From contig CACHVD010000004.1 of the NCBI GenBank assembly GCA_902583265.1, positions 4,417 to 68,416 of the forward strand: 64,000 nt of DNA, given 5' to 3'. Below the pieces are notes generated by a model. It saw nothing but the letters and a program-made list of their open reading frames with translations, searched no databases and was not told the origin of the DNA. The position numbers and the translations under genes were made by a program. This document shows positions 1 through 10,716 of the stretch, one piece after another; within the stretch, counting starts at the first letter, position 1, and every line of letters starts with the position of its first letter. This stretch comes from an uncultured Prochlorococcus sp. (GTDB lineage: Bacteria; Cyanobacteriota; Cyanobacteriia; PCC-6307; Cyanobiaceae).

Positions 1-2459
1 ATCAAAAAGATATTTATGTACTTTATATGGGTGGTGGTCCATATGCGAAAAGTGGAAATCCAACTCTTATGAATGAAAATGGAGTAAAAGAAAAATTAGG
101 TGTTGCGCCAGAAAGAGTAGTTGATCTTAAAGCCCTAACTGGTGATAGTTCTGATAATATTCCAGGTATTAAAGGGGTAGGTCCAAAAACTGCAATTAAT
201 CTACTAAAAGAGAACGACACTCTTGACGGAATCTATCAGGCTTTGGACAAGATTCTACAAAATAATGATAAAAAATATAAAGGATTCATCAAAGGTTCAG
301 TTATAGAAAAGCTAAGAAACGATAAAAATAATGCTTTTCTTTCCAGGGATTTAGCAAAAATAAATACTGAGGTGCCTTTAATTTTAAGTAACGGTTATGA
401 ATTAAAAAATATAAATCAAGAACTACTTTCAGAGTCACTGAAAAAATTAGAACTATCAACACTACTTAGACAAATTGATATTTTCAATTCAACTTTCAGC
501 AAAGGTGGTTTTGACAAAAATAATGTAACTAAAGAGGACAAGGCACCAAAAGTCGCAGGCAATAATGAATTAGAAAATAGTGAAAATAAAATGCCTAAAA
601 TCAACGTAACTGTTGTAAATGATTTCGAATTACTAGATAAATTAATCCAAAGATTAGATAAGACAAATCAAATAGTTTCTTTAGATACAGAGACCAATAG
701 TTTGAATCCAATCGATGCAGAACTTGTTGGGATAGGGTTATGTCTTGGAGAAGAAAATGATGATTTATTTTATATACCTCTTGGCCATAAAACAAAAAAA
801 GAAACTTCCAATCAATTATCAATTGAAGATGTTTTCTCAAAGCTAAGAAATTGGCTAGAAGATCCAAACAAAGAAAAGGCACTCCAAAATTCTAAATTTG
901 ATAGGCAAATATTTTTTAATCATGGACTTGATCTTAAAGGCGTAACCTTTGACACCTTGTTAGCAGACTACCTTCTTAATAATCAGGAGAAACATGGGTT
1001 AAGTGAAATTAGTTTTAGATTATTTGGATTTAAGCCCCCCTCATTTAAGGAAACCGTTGGGAAGAATAAAGACTTTTCATTTGTTGATATTGATGAAGCA
1101 AGTATTTACTGCGGTTATGATGTTTTTCTAACTTTTAAGATTGTCAAAATTTTTAAAGAAAGTTTTTCAAAGGAAAAAGATGAATTAATCAAATTGTTCG
1201 AAGAAATCGAGCTGCCTTTAGAGCCGGTATTGTCCCAAATGGAAATGAATGGCATAACCATCGACATCCCTTATTTGGATAAACTCTCAAAAGAATTAAA
1301 AAGTACCTTAGAAGATATTGAAAGTAAAGTTTATGAGTTAGCAGAGGAGAGTTTCAATCTATCTTCACCAAAACAACTTGGTGAGATCTTGTTTGAAAAA
1401 TTAAATTTGGATAAGAAAAAATCGCGGAAAACAAAAACAGGATGGAGTACAGATGCAGTAGTTCTGGAAAGATTAGTTGACGAACATGAAATAATCCAAC
1501 ATTTAATAAAACATAGAACACTTAGCAAATTACTTAGCACCTATATTGATGCTCTTCCAAATCTTATTAACGAAAAAACAGGAAGAGTTCATACAAACTT
1601 TAATCAAGCTGCTACAGCGACTGGGAGACTAAGTAGTAGCAATCCTAATCTTCAAAATATCCCAGTAAGGACTGAATTTAGTAGGAGAATCAGAAAAGCA
1701 TTCTTGCCTGAAAAAAATTGGAAACTTTTATCAGCTGATTATTCTCAGATCGAATTAAGAATACTCGCTCACTTGGCGGATGAAGAAATACTAATAAATG
1801 CATTTCATAAAAATGATGACATTCATTCTTTGACTGCAAGATTAATTTTTGAGAAAGAAGAAATTTCCTCTGATGAGAGAAGAGTTGGGAAAACAATAAA
1901 TTTCGGAGTTATCTATGGTATGGGGATAAAAAAGTTTGCCCGTTCAACAGGAGTAAGTACTCCAGAAGCAAAAGAATTCCTAATAAAATACAAAGAAAGA
2001 TATTCAAAAATTTTCAAATTTCTTGAACTTCAAGAAAGGCTTGCCTTATCAAAAGGTTATGTAAAAACAATTTTTGGTCGAAAAAGAGAATTTAAGTTTG
2101 ATAAAAATGGACTTGGAAGACTAATAGGAAAAGATCCTTACGAAATTGACTTGCAATCCGCAAGAAGAGCTGGCATGGAAGCACAGTCACTAAGAGCCGC
2201 AGCCAATGCCCCAATTCAGGGCTCAAGTGCAGATATTATTAAAATTGCAATGGTTCAACTAAATAAAAAATTCATAGAAATGAATGTTCCAGCAAAAATG
2301 CTTTTACAAGTACATGATGAATTATTGTTTGAAGTTGAACCAGATTCTTTGGAAATTACGACGAAATTAGTAAAGAAGACTATGGAAGATTGTGTAAAAT
2401 TAAATGTGCCTCTTTTAGTTGATATTGGAATTGGAGACAATTGGATGGAGACAAAATAA
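1..2459 (+). CDS. polA: DNA polymerase I (5' end lies outside window)
   Basis: Frame is open from the window edge. Motifs: 5'-nuclease GDSSDNIPG/GVGPKTA, 3'-5' exonuclease LDTET, polymerase DYSQIELRILAH, KTINFGVIYG, QVHDEL. Confidence 0.98.
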   Translation, partial: QKDIYVLYMGGGPYAKSGNPTLMNENGVKEKLGVAPERVVDLKALTGDSSDNIPGIKGVGPKTAINLLKENDTLDGIYQALDKILQNNDKKYKGFIKGSVIEKLRNDKNNAFLSRDLAKINTEVPLILSNGYELKNINQELLSESLKKLELSTLLRQIDIFNSTFSKGGFDKNNVTKEDKAPKVAGNNELENSENKMPKINVTVVNDFELLDKLIQRLDKTNQIVSLDTETNSLNPIDAELVGIGLCLGEENDDLFYIPLGHKTKKETSNQLSIEDVFSKLRNWLEDPNKEKALQNSKFDRQIFFNHGLDLKGVTFDTLLADYLLNNQEKHGLSEISFRLFGFKPPSFKETVGKNKDFSFVDIDEASIYCGYDVFLTFKIVKIFKESFSKEKDELIKLFEEIELPLEPVLSQMEMNGITIDIPYLDKLSKELKSTLEDIESKVYELAEESFNLSSPKQLGEILFEKLNLDKKKSRKTKTGWSTDAVVLERLVDEHEIIQHLIKHRTLSKLLSTYIDALPNLINEKTGRVHTNFNQAATATGRLSSSNPNLQNIPVRTEFSRRIRKAFLPEKNWKLLSADYSQIELRILAHLADEEILINAFHKNDDIHSLTARLIFEKEEISSDERRVGKTINFGVIYGMGIKKFARSTGVSTPEAKEFLIKYKERYSKIFKFLELQERLALSKGYVKTIFGRKREFKFDKNGLGRLIGKDPYEIDLQSARRAGMEAQSLRAAANAPIQGSSADIIKIAMVQLNKKFIEMNVPAKMLLQVHDELLFEVEPDSLEITTKLVKKTMEDCVKLNVPLLVDIGIGDNWMETK

Positions 2460-2483
2460 ACCTTATGAAATACTTATTTTAAG

Positions 2484-3953
2484 ATGATCAAACTTTTTAA
2501 TACTTTAAGCAAAAAAGTTGAGGTTTTTAAGCCTATTGATGATGTAGTAAAAATTTATTGTTGTGGAGTAACTGTTTATGATTTATGTCATCTTGGTCAT
2601 GCCAGAAGTTATATCGCTTGGGATGTATTGAGAAGATTTTTAATTTACAGTGATTTCAAAGTGAAGTATGTTCAGAATTTTACAGATATTGATGACAAGA
2701 TCTTAAAAAGAGCGAAAGAAGAAAGCAGTTCAATGAAGGAAGTATCTGAAAAAAATATCATTGAATTTCATAAAGATATGGATTCTTTAGGGATAATGCG
2801 TCCGGATAGCATGCCAAGAGCAACGAATCATATATGCAATATCTGCTCCTTCATAACAATCCTTGAGGACAAAGGTTATGCATACTCTAGGGATGGAGAT
2901 GTTTATTATTCTGTTTTCAAAAATAAAAATTATGGAAAGCTAAGTAATCAAAATTTACAAGAACAAAATATCAATCAGCAAGGAAGAATGGTTAATGAAG
3001 AAAATAGTAAAAAACTTAATCCGCAAGATTTTGCGCTATGGAAAAAAGCCAAAGATGATGAACCATTTTTTGATTCGCCATGGGGTAAAGGTAGGCCAGG
3101 ATGGCATATTGAATGTTCGGCGATGGTTAAAGATGAATTAGGAGATACTATCGATATCCATTTAGGTGGTTCTGATTTAATTTTTCCACATCATGAGAAT
3201 GAAATCGCCCAATCAGAAGCAGCCAATGGCAAAAAGCTAGCGAACTATTGGTTACACAATGGGATGGTCAATGTAAATGGGCAAAAGATGAGTAAATCCC
3301 TTAAAAATTTTAAAACCATCAGAGAGCTAATTAAGTCAGGTATAAGCCCTATGACTTTGCGATATTTTGTTATGACTGTGAATTATAGGAAACCACTTGA
3401 TTTTACTGAAGAAGCTTTAAGGAGTGCTTCAGAAGCTTGGAAAAACATCAATGTAGCCCTTTCATTTATGGACCTTACAAAAGGTGCTTTTAGATCTATT
3501 GATAAAAATGAATCTATCGAAGAAGATTATAAAGAGAAAATAATTTTTGAATTATTGCAAAAAAAGCTTAAATTTTCTGAAGCTCTTGGAAATGACCTTA
3601 ATACAGCAGGTGCTATTGCAATTATTTACGATTTAGCGAAACCATTAAAAAACTTTTTAAACCAATTTCAAAGGGTTGAAGATTTTAAGATAGACCTAAA
3701 TCAAAAATTCTTTCTGCTTGAAAATTTTAAAACTCTTGTAAATTTGACTGAGGTACTTGGTCTTAAAAAAGAAGTTTTAGTAAAAGAAAGTAAAATAACA
3801 GAAGAAGAAATATCATCTCTTATTAATAAAAGATTGAAAGCAAAAATGGAAAAGAATTATGCGAAGGCCGATGAAATAAGAAATTTGTTAAAAGAAAAAG
3901 GTATTGAACTTATTGATCAATCAAAGGAAATAACAACATGGATAAGGGGCTAA
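2484..3953 (+). CDS. cysS: Cysteinyl-tRNA synthetase
   Basis: CGVTVYDLCHLGHAR (HIGH-like), GRPGWHIECSAM, KMSKS. Confidence 0.98.
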   Translation: MIKLFNTLSKKVEVFKPIDDVVKIYCCGVTVYDLCHLGHARSYIAWDVLRRFLIYSDFKVKYVQNFTDIDDKILKRAKEESSSMKEVSEKNIIEFHKDMDSLGIMRPDSMPRATNHICNICSFITILEDKGYAYSRDGDVYYSVFKNKNYGKLSNQNLQEQNINQQGRMVNEENSKKLNPQDFALWKKAKDDEPFFDSPWGKGRPGWHIECSAMVKDELGDTIDIHLGGSDLIFPHHENEIAQSEAANGKKLANYWLHNGMVNVNGQKMSKSLKNFKTIRELIKSGISPMTLRYFVMTVNYRKPLDFTEEALRSASEAWKNINVALSFMDLTKGAFRSIDKNESIEEDYKEKIIFELLQKKLKFSEALGNDLNTAGAIAIIYDLAKPLKNFLNQFQRVEDFKIDLNQKFFLLENFKTLVNLTEVLGLKKEVLVKESKITEEEISSLINKRLKAKMEKNYAKADEIRNLLKEKGIELIDQSKEITTWIRG

Positions 3954-4035
3954 ATTTTAAGAAAAAAACCAATTTGAAATTTTTGTTTTTTAAATACCCC
4001 TTTAAATGGGAAGATATTAGAAATATCAGAGAAAA

Positions 4036-5265
4036 TTGAAATACATTACTGTGCTCGGTTCTACTGGTTCAATAGGGACTCAAACTCTCGAAATAGCTAG
4101 TGAGCAGCCTAATAAGTTTAAAGCCGTAGCTCTTTCTGCAGGAAGAAATATTAATTTATTAACTGAACAAGTTAAAACACATAAACCAGAGGTAGTTGCA
4201 ATTGAGGATGAAAATCTTATAGAAGATTTAAAAGATAATATTAATAACTTAGATTTGGATGATGTTCCCTTGGTTTTAGGTGGAAAGCAGGGGATTAACG
4301 CAGTTGCAGCATGGGATAAGGCAGATACTGTGGTAACAGGGATAGTAGGCTGTGCAGGCTTAATTCCAACAATGTCAGCAATTAATGCGGGGAAAAATAT
4401 TGCACTTGCTAACAAAGAAACTTTAATTGCGGCAGGACCAATTGTTATTCCTGCATTAAAGAAAAATAATAGTAGGCTTTTACCTGCTGATTCAGAACAC
4501 TCTGCTATCTTTCAATGTTTACAAGGATTACCTAATTATGAAAATGCAGATTTTTCAACAGGAGAGATACCTAAAGGTTTAAAAGCCATACACTTAACAG
4601 CTTCTGGTGGTGCTTTCAGAGATTGGGCCGTTGAGGATTTAAAGCATGTCACAGTAGAAGATGCGACTTCACATCCTAATTGGGATATGGGAAAAAAAAT
4701 AACTGTAGATTCTGCAACTCTTATGAATAAAGGATTAGAAGTTATAGAAGCTCATTATTTATTTGGGACCTCTTACGAAAATATCGAAATAGTTATCCAC
4801 CCTCAAAGTATTATTCATTCAATGATTGAGATGGAAGATTCTTCAGTATTAGCTCAATTAGGTTGGCCAGATATGAAACTACCCATTTTATATGCGATGA
4901 GTTGGCCTGAAAGATTTAAAACAAATTGGAAAAGATTAAACCTAAGTGAAATTGGAAAATTAACTTTTAAAGAGCCAGACGAGTTTAAATACCCATGCAT
5001 GGGACTTGCCTATGCTGCAGGAAAATCTTCTGGGACTATGCCTGCAGTCTTAAATGCTGCTAATGAAATGGCTGTTGAACAATTCCTCAAAGAAAAAATT
5101 TCTTTTCAAGAAATTCCAACATTTATAAGTAAAGCTTGTGAATCACATATGGAGAATTTGAATTTGAGTCCCGAATTGGAGGATATTCTTGAAGTAGACA
5201 ATTGGGCCAGACTTTTTGTTAAGCAAGAAATTAAAAAAGGGAAAAAATACGTAAGTATTGGATAA
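4036..5265 (+). CDS. dxr: 1-deoxy-D-xylulose 5-phosphate reductoisomerase
   Basis: [30 protein letters not shown]. Confidence 0.98.
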   Translation: MKYITVLGSTGSIGTQTLEIASEQPNKFKAVALSAGRNINLLTEQVKTHKPEVVAIEDENLIEDLKDNINNLDLDDVPLVLGGKQGINAVAAWDKADTVVTGIVGCAGLIPTMSAINAGKNIALANKETLIAAGPIVIPALKKNNSRLLPADSEHSAIFQCLQGLPNYENADFSTGEIPKGLKAIHLTASGGAFRDWAVEDLKHVTVEDATSHPNWDMGKKITVDSATLMNKGLEVIEAHYLFGTSYENIEIVIHPQSIIHSMIEMEDSSVLAQLGWPDMKLPILYAMSWPERFKTNWKRLNLSEIGKLTFKEPDEFKYPCMGLAYAAGKSSGTMPAVLNAANEMAVEQFLKEKISFQEIPTFISKACESHMENLNLSPELEDILEVDNWARLFVKQEIKKGKKYVSIG

Positions 5266-5267
5266 AA

Positions 5268-5612
5268 GTGAATATAAAAAAACATCTTCTACTATGCGCA
5301 ACCCCCACAAAACAGAAATGCTTTAAAGGCAATGAAGGTCAAAAAGCATGGGAATGTCTGAAAAAGACTTTAAAAAAATTTGAGAATGATCCCTCTACAA
5401 AAAACGTTCATATATTAAGATCAAAAGCTGACTGTTTAAGGGTATGTAAGAACGGCCCGATTCTTCTTGTTTGGCCTGATGGTATTTGGTATGAGAAAGT
5501 TTCTCCAGAAAAAATTTCTGAAATTTTTACCTCACATATTATTAACGGTAAGCCAATAGAAAAATGGATTTTCAAAAAAACACCATTTTTAAATAGTCCT
5601 AGATACTCATAA
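5268..5612 (+). CDS. Thioredoxin-like (2Fe-2S) ferredoxin family protein
   Basis: HLLLC..C and CLRVCKNGP..VWPDGIWY pattern. Confidence 0.8.
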   Translation: MNIKKHLLLCATPTKQKCFKGNEGQKAWECLKKTLKKFENDPSTKNVHILRSKADCLRVCKNGPILLVWPDGIWYEKVSPEKISEIFTSHIINGKPIEKWIFKKTPFLNSPRYS

Positions 5613-6687
5613 ACCAATTCTTTACGACTTCGTCTGACCAGCAGCCATTAATCGAATGAAAACCATTATGACCTCCTTTTTCAGTTATAAAAATAGTGAA
5701 TTTATCAATAGATTCTTTTCTTAAATTCAAAGTATCCTTATATGGAACCCAGGGATCATCCTTGGCATGAATAAAAAGCATTGGAGGTAATTTTTTTATT
5801 GAGTTTTGGATTCTAAATATTGGAGAAGCTTTATTATAATAATCCTCTAAAGAATTAAATCCCCAACTAGGAGCTGTAAATTTCTCATCAAATTCTCTTA
5901 TACTTTTTAAATTTCTAATTTTTATTCTTAATTTCTCGTTATCAAGGAGTTTGCCTTCATCATTAAAGCCCTCCCATAACTGATTTTTTAAGCGGTGAAG
6001 TAACCATTTTTGGTAGATAGAATTTCTAGGTTTTTCAATACAGAGACTGCATGAAGATAAATCTAAAGGGGTACTCACGCAGGCAAGGCCATCTAAAAGT
6101 TTTTCTCCTATGTTTTCATCGTAATCTAAGCAGGCATTTAAAAGAATTGTTCCGCCTAAAGATAATCCAACTCCGTAAATTGGAAGATTTTTATTCCTTT
6201 TCATAAGATCTTTGAACTCTAAATTAATCAATTTTTTAAAATAATTAATTGCTGCAATAACATCACTGGAGCATCTGGCACAATAATTTCCTTTAGCTAA
6301 ATATCTTGATGATCCAGATCCTCTTAGATTTAATTTAAGAACTCCAAAACCATTATTTGCTAATTTCCTAGATATTCTTCTTAAACCAAACCGTTTAGTT
6401 GAGCCCCCTAACCCATGTGTAACGATTACAAAACCCCTAATTGAGTTTAAGTTTTCAGGTAATTCTAAAAAACCTAAAAGATAATCAAATTCAAAATTTT
6501 TAGAAAGAATTTTATTAATCGGAAAGAATATTTTTTTATTTTTCTTTGATTTACCAAAATCAATTACAAAAGTATCTCTCAAAGTTTGTAAGTCGCCACC
6601 TATCCAAGGTAAGACTTCTCGAAATGGCTTATTTTTTAAGTAATCTGAAAAACTAAAAGATATACTATTATTTCTCCCCAACTCCAA
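5599..6687 (-). CDS. Alpha/beta hydrolase (YheT-like)
   Basis: HGLGG, GLSLGG nucleophile elbow, AKDDP, GGHNGF. Confidence 0.85.
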   Translation of the reverse strand: MELGRNNSISFSFSDYLKNKPFREVLPWIGGDLQTLRDTFVIDFGKSKKNKKIFFPINKILSKNFEFDYLLGFLELPENLNSIRGFVIVTHGLGGSTKRFGLRRISRKLANNGFGVLKLNLRGSGSSRYLAKGNYCARCSSDVIAAINYFKKLINLEFKDLMKRNKNLPIYGVGLSLGGTILLNACLDYDENIGEKLLDGLACVSTPLDLSSCSLCIEKPRNSIYQKWLLHRLKNQLWEGFNDEGKLLDNEKLRIKIRNLKSIREFDEKFTAPSWGFNSLEDYYNKASPIFRIQNSIKKLPPMLFIHAKDDPWVPYKDTLNLRKESIDKFTIFITEKGGHNGFHSINGCWSDEVVKNWFMSI

Positions 6688-8107
6688 GATCCTTTAATTC
6701 TCCAATCAAATCATTCAGTACCTTTTTTGCATCACCAAAGACCATTGAAGTATTTGGCAGATCAAATAAATCATTTTTTATTCCGGAGTAACCTGCACTC
6801 ATTCCACGTTTAATTACAAATACCGTTCTTGCTTCCTGCACATCAAGAACTGGCATGCCATATAAAGGAGAAGAGCTATCATTTTTAGCTTGAGGATTAA
6901 CTACATCATTTGCTCCTAAAACCAAAACAACATCCGTTGCTGGAAAATCAGGATTTACAACGTCCATCTCTTTAAGTTGTTCGTAAGGAACATCTGCTTC
7001 TGCTAAAAGTACATTCATATGTCCAGGCATCCTCCCTGCTACAGGATGAATTGCGTAAACAACTTCAATACCATTTTGCTCTAGTTTTTTTGTAACTTCC
7101 CTTAAAGTATGTTGAGCTTGAGCTACTGCTAGACCATAACCAGGAACAATAATTACCTTGTTGGCTGCCTCTAAAGTCAATGCGCATTCTTCAACACTGC
7201 AAGAAGTTATATTTGTATATTCTCCTGAACCAGAAGATGCTGGACTTTGTGCCGATAAAGATCCTCCAAAAAGAACAGAGACCAATGATCTATTCATACC
7301 CTTGCACATTACTTGAGTAAGTATTAGACCTGCCGCTCCAACCATTGCGCCTGCTACTATCAAAAGCTGACTATCTACTACAAAACCTGCTGCTGCTGCT
7401 GCAATCCCTGAATAGCTATTTAATAAAGATATAACGACTGGCATATCAGCTCCACCAATTGGCAAAGTAACTCCAATACCTAATAAAGAAGAAACTATAA
7501 CTAAAAGCCAAATAGAACTTGTATTACCGTTTATCAAATCAAAAAAGGCTATCAAGGAAGCAACTGCAAAAACAATATTTACAAAATGTCTAACTTTGCT
7601 CTGAGTCCATCCTGGAGTTGACAACCAACCCTGTAACTTTGCCATCGCCACAATTGAACCTGTGAAAGTTATGGCACCAACAAATATAGAAACAGATATT
7701 GAAACTTCGTTAATCAGTAACTTAAAAAAATCAAGATTTTCTACACTATTAGAAATAGGGAAAATAGCTACTCCTAAGGCCACCAAAAGTGATGACATTC
7801 CTCCACAACCATTGAACAATGCCACTGTTTCAGGCATTGAGGTCATAGGTACTTTTTTAGCAAGAATTGCTCCGAATAAACTACCTATTATTGATCCAAT
7901 TATTATCCAAATCCAAGACTGAATAGCAATTCCAGAAGTGCCTAAATAATAAGAAAGTAACCCTACTACTGATAGCGACATTGCAAATGCAGCTAATCTA
8001 TTGGCATCCCTCGCTGATTTTACTTTTGACAATCCTTTTATTCCCAAAGCCAGTAAAAGTACTGCTAGAAGATCAATAACGAATTTAATGATTACTGGTA
8101 GATTCAT
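6668..8107 (-). CDS. pntB: NAD(P) transhydrogenase beta subunit
   Basis: GGADMPVVISLLNSYSG, HPVAGRMPGHMNVLLAEA, GANDVVNP. Confidence 0.98.
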   Translation of the reverse strand: MNLPVIIKFVIDLLAVLLLALGIKGLSKVKSARDANRLAAFAMSLSVVGLLSYYLGTSGIAIQSWIWIIIGSIIGSLFGAILAKKVPMTSMPETVALFNGCGGMSSLLVALGVAIFPISNSVENLDFFKLLINEVSISVSIFVGAITFTGSIVAMAKLQGWLSTPGWTQSKVRHFVNIVFAVASLIAFFDLINGNTSSIWLLVIVSSLLGIGVTLPIGGADMPVVISLLNSYSGIAAAAAGFVVDSQLLIVAGAMVGAAGLILTQVMCKGMNRSLVSVLFGGSLSAQSPASSGSGEYTNITSCSVEECALTLEAANKVIIVPGYGLAVAQAQHTLREVTKKLEQNGIEVVYAIHPVAGRMPGHMNVLLAEADVPYEQLKEMDVVNPDFPATDVVLVLGANDVVNPQAKNDSSSPLYGMPVLDVQEARTVFVIKRGMSAGYSGIKNDLFDLPNTSMVFGDAKKVLNDLIGELKDLGVGEK

Positions 8108-8115
8108 TTTAAAAA

Positions 8116-8409
8116 TTACTTTTTATTTGATGGTTTACGACTAAACATCGCTAGCATTCGATCAGTTACAAAGAAACCTCCTACAACATTGAAAAGAGCA
8201 AATCCAAGAGAAACTGAACCAATGATTAGAAGTGGTACGTTACCTCCTGCTTTTACAATTAAAGTCAAGGCTGCAAGCATTGTTATTCCCGAAATTGCAT
8301 TTGCTCCACTCATTAGAGGTGTGTGAAGAGTAGGAGGAACTTTTCCAATTAACTCGAGGCCTAATAAACTACCAAGTAAAAGAACCCAAAGAAGACTTAT
8401 AAAAGACAT
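8116..8409 (-). CDS. pntA: NAD(P) transhydrogenase alpha subunit, membrane part
   Basis: VPPTLHTPLMSGANAISG, GGFFVTDRMLAMF. Confidence 0.95.
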   Translation of the reverse strand: MSFISLLWVLLLGSLLGLELIGKVPPTLHTPLMSGANAISGITMLAALTLIVKAGGNVPLLIIGSVSLGFALFNVVGGFFVTDRMLAMFSRKPSNKK

Positions 8410-8421
8410 AATTTTAAAACC

Positions 8422-9552
8422 TCAATTTTCAAAAACTTTATTTTGAAGAACAACTCCTTCATCGCTTAATAAACATCCAGAAATGAGTTCATCCTCTTTA
8501 TCTAATTTAATTAGACCATCTTTTATAAATGGTGTAATCAAAGATGTTAAGTTCTTAGCATAAAGTGAACTTGCATCATAAGGAACTGAAGAGGGTAATT
8601 CCCCCGCTCCTATAAGTTTTACCCCATCTTTGATAATAGTTTCATTTGATTTTGTTCCTTCGCAGTTTCCTCCCTGAGAAACTGCTAAATCAATAACTAC
8701 TGCTCCAGGCCTCATTTTTTTAATCATAGGTGAGTCTATTAAAACAGGAGCCTTCTTACCTAGAACTTGCGCAGTACATATAGCAACATCAGCTTCAGAT
8801 AAATATTTAGTTAAAGTTGCCTTCTGTTTTGAGAGGAATTCGGGTGTCACAGCTTTTGCATAACCTCCTGCCTCTCCAGGCTTTTCCTCAACTTCAGGAA
8901 GTTCTATGAATCTTGCTCCGAGAGACTCTACTTGTTCTTTAACAGCAGGTCTAATATCAGATACAAATACTATTGCTCCAAGTCTTTTTGCTGTCGCAAC
9001 TGCCTGTAATCCTGCAACGCCTCCACCAAGAACAACTACTTTGGCAGGTTGTACTGTCCCAGCTGCAGTCATAAGCATTGGGAAATATCTATCTAACTCA
9101 CTTGCAGCCAAAAGAACTGCTTTATATCCAGCAATATTGGCCTGTGAAGAAAGAACATCAGAAGACTGAGCTCTACTAATCCTCGGAAGCAACTCCAGTG
9201 ATAAAGCTGAAATCTTATTACTATTTATAATCCTCAGAAGCTCCTTATTACCATATGGGTTAAGAAGACCGAGAAGAACAGCGCCTTTCTTTAACTTAGT
9301 TAAATTATCCTCTGATGGAGTTTGAACACAAAATATTAAGTCCGCTTCACCCCAAATTTTTTGATCTAAGTTATTTATTATTGTTCCGCCCGATTCTTCG
9401 TATGATAAGTCACTAAATCCTGATAATTTCCCTGCTGAACTTTCAATATAAACATCACATCCAAGGCTTTTTAATTTCTTTACCGCTTCTGGCGTAGCTG
9501 AAACTCTCCTTTCACCAGAGCTTGTTTCGGAAGGAATAAGTATCTTTGTCAA
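8422..9552 (-). CDS. pntA: NAD(P) transhydrogenase alpha subunit, NAD(H)-binding part
   Basis: ERRVSATP, RISRAQSSDVLSSQANIAGY, GGGVAGL. Confidence 0.97.
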   Translation of the reverse strand: MTKILIPSETSSGERRVSATPEAVKKLKSLGCDVYIESSAGKLSGFSDLSYEESGGTIINNLDQKIWGEADLIFCVQTPSEDNLTKLKKGAVLLGLLNPYGNKELLRIINSNKISALSLELLPRISRAQSSDVLSSQANIAGYKAVLLAASELDRYFPMLMTAAGTVQPAKVVVLGGGVAGLQAVATAKRLGAIVFVSDIRPAVKEQVESLGARFIELPEVEEKPGEAGGYAKAVTPEFLSKQKATLTKYLSEADVAICTAQVLGKKAPVLIDSPMIKKMRPGAVVIDLAVSQGGNCEGTKSNETIIKDGVKLIGAGELPSSVPYDASSLYAKNLTSLITPFIKDGLIKLDKEDELISGCLLSDEGVVLQNKVFEN

Positions 9553-9679
9553 TTTATTTATTTTTTTAACATACTAAATATAAATTGAAGAAAGTCAAAA
9601 GTCTTGGATTTTTGTTAAAAATATATTTTCTTTTCTATAAAAAATAGCTATCTAGAATATATAAGTACTAAATAATCCA

Positions 9680-10258
9680 ATGAGTATAAAAGCAATCGAA
9701 TGTCCTGATGGAGTTTGCCACAGTCATCATGGCGGTCATGCTGTTCCAAGGCAAGCTATGCAGAAAAATCTAGAAAAGCATGGTAAAGACTGGTGCGAGA
9801 AATTAGCAGAGAGAATTTATGAAATGTCAGTTGATACTTATTCACAGACAGTCATGCCCAGTCTCCATTCGGCAGGTTGGCAAAGAAGACATTTAGATTG
9901 GGAATTTAAGCTGGCAGAAAATGATTCTGAACCTGATGAAGCTCTTGTTGAAGGAATTATTAATGCCACAGAAAGCTTTCTAAGGAGTAGTGAGGTTCAT
10001 CGATTATTTATTCAAGAATTAGTTCAGGGCACATTCGAGGAAGCGAATGATAAAAAAATAATTTCTAAAGCAATAAAATCTATCATTGAAGAAGAAATTG
10101 TTAGTTCACTAAGAGAAAAGAAAGAAACTCTTTTAAAGAAAATATCCGCAAAATTAATATTAGAAGAAAAAGTTAGCGAGGAACTTGCAATAAATTCAGC
10201 TAAAGAGGGTTTTGAGGAAGTTGAAAGACTACTTGCAAATCACAGCGAGGCAGTCTAA
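9680..10258 (+). CDS. Conserved hypothetical protein with N-terminal Cys/His-rich motif
   Basis: 192-aa ORF beginning CPDGVCHSHHGGH. Confidence 0.75.
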   Translation: MSIKAIECPDGVCHSHHGGHAVPRQAMQKNLEKHGKDWCEKLAERIYEMSVDTYSQTVMPSLHSAGWQRRHLDWEFKLAENDSEPDEALVEGIINATESFLRSSEVHRLFIQELVQGTFEEANDKKIISKAIKSIIEEEIVSSLREKKETLLKKISAKLILEEKVSEELAINSAKEGFEEVERLLANHSEAV

Positions 10259-10379
10259 CTCTATATCTTTATATTTTCTTTATAATTACCCCAAAAATTG
10301 TCTCAAATATAAATTAAAGATTAAATTATTGTTTGGAAGTACAAAGTTGTAACTTATTAGACAATACATAGTTTCTCTA

Positions 10380-10637
10380 ATGTGTTTATCTATATACAAC
10401 TTAAGTCTTCCAATGGATAATTTCATTAGAAAAAGAATCGACATAGCGACCTGTTGGGCAACCAATAGAATTTCTGCAATGGACACTTTAGAAAGGTATG
10501 AAGACAGTTATGCAATCGCTGAAGAATTTAGAGAGTGGATATTGCATATTGGAGAAAAGAACGAAAATTTAAAAGATTCTGTTTTAAACTTCCCAAAGGA
10601 ATTAAAAAAGTTATTAGACCAAAAAGTCAACGATTGA
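10380..10637 (+). CDS. Small conserved hypothetical protein (start may be the second Met)
   Basis: ORF resembling a picocyanobacterial small protein (RKRIDIATCWATNRI...YAIAEEFREWI). Confidence 0.6.
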   Translation: MCLSIYNLSLPMDNFIRKRIDIATCWATNRISAMDTLERYEDSYAIAEEFREWILHIGEKNENLKDSVLNFPKELKKLLDQKVND

Positions 10638-10716
10638 GTAATAAATCTTTCGAGTGAAATCCGCCCTACATTATTTGCGTTAGTTTATTATTATTAATAG
10701 TGAAATTAGCAAATAA

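Noticed and set aside
8116-9552. Split pntA as a pseudogene
   Set aside because: A two-gene alpha subunit is a normal arrangement; both parts are intact with their own starts
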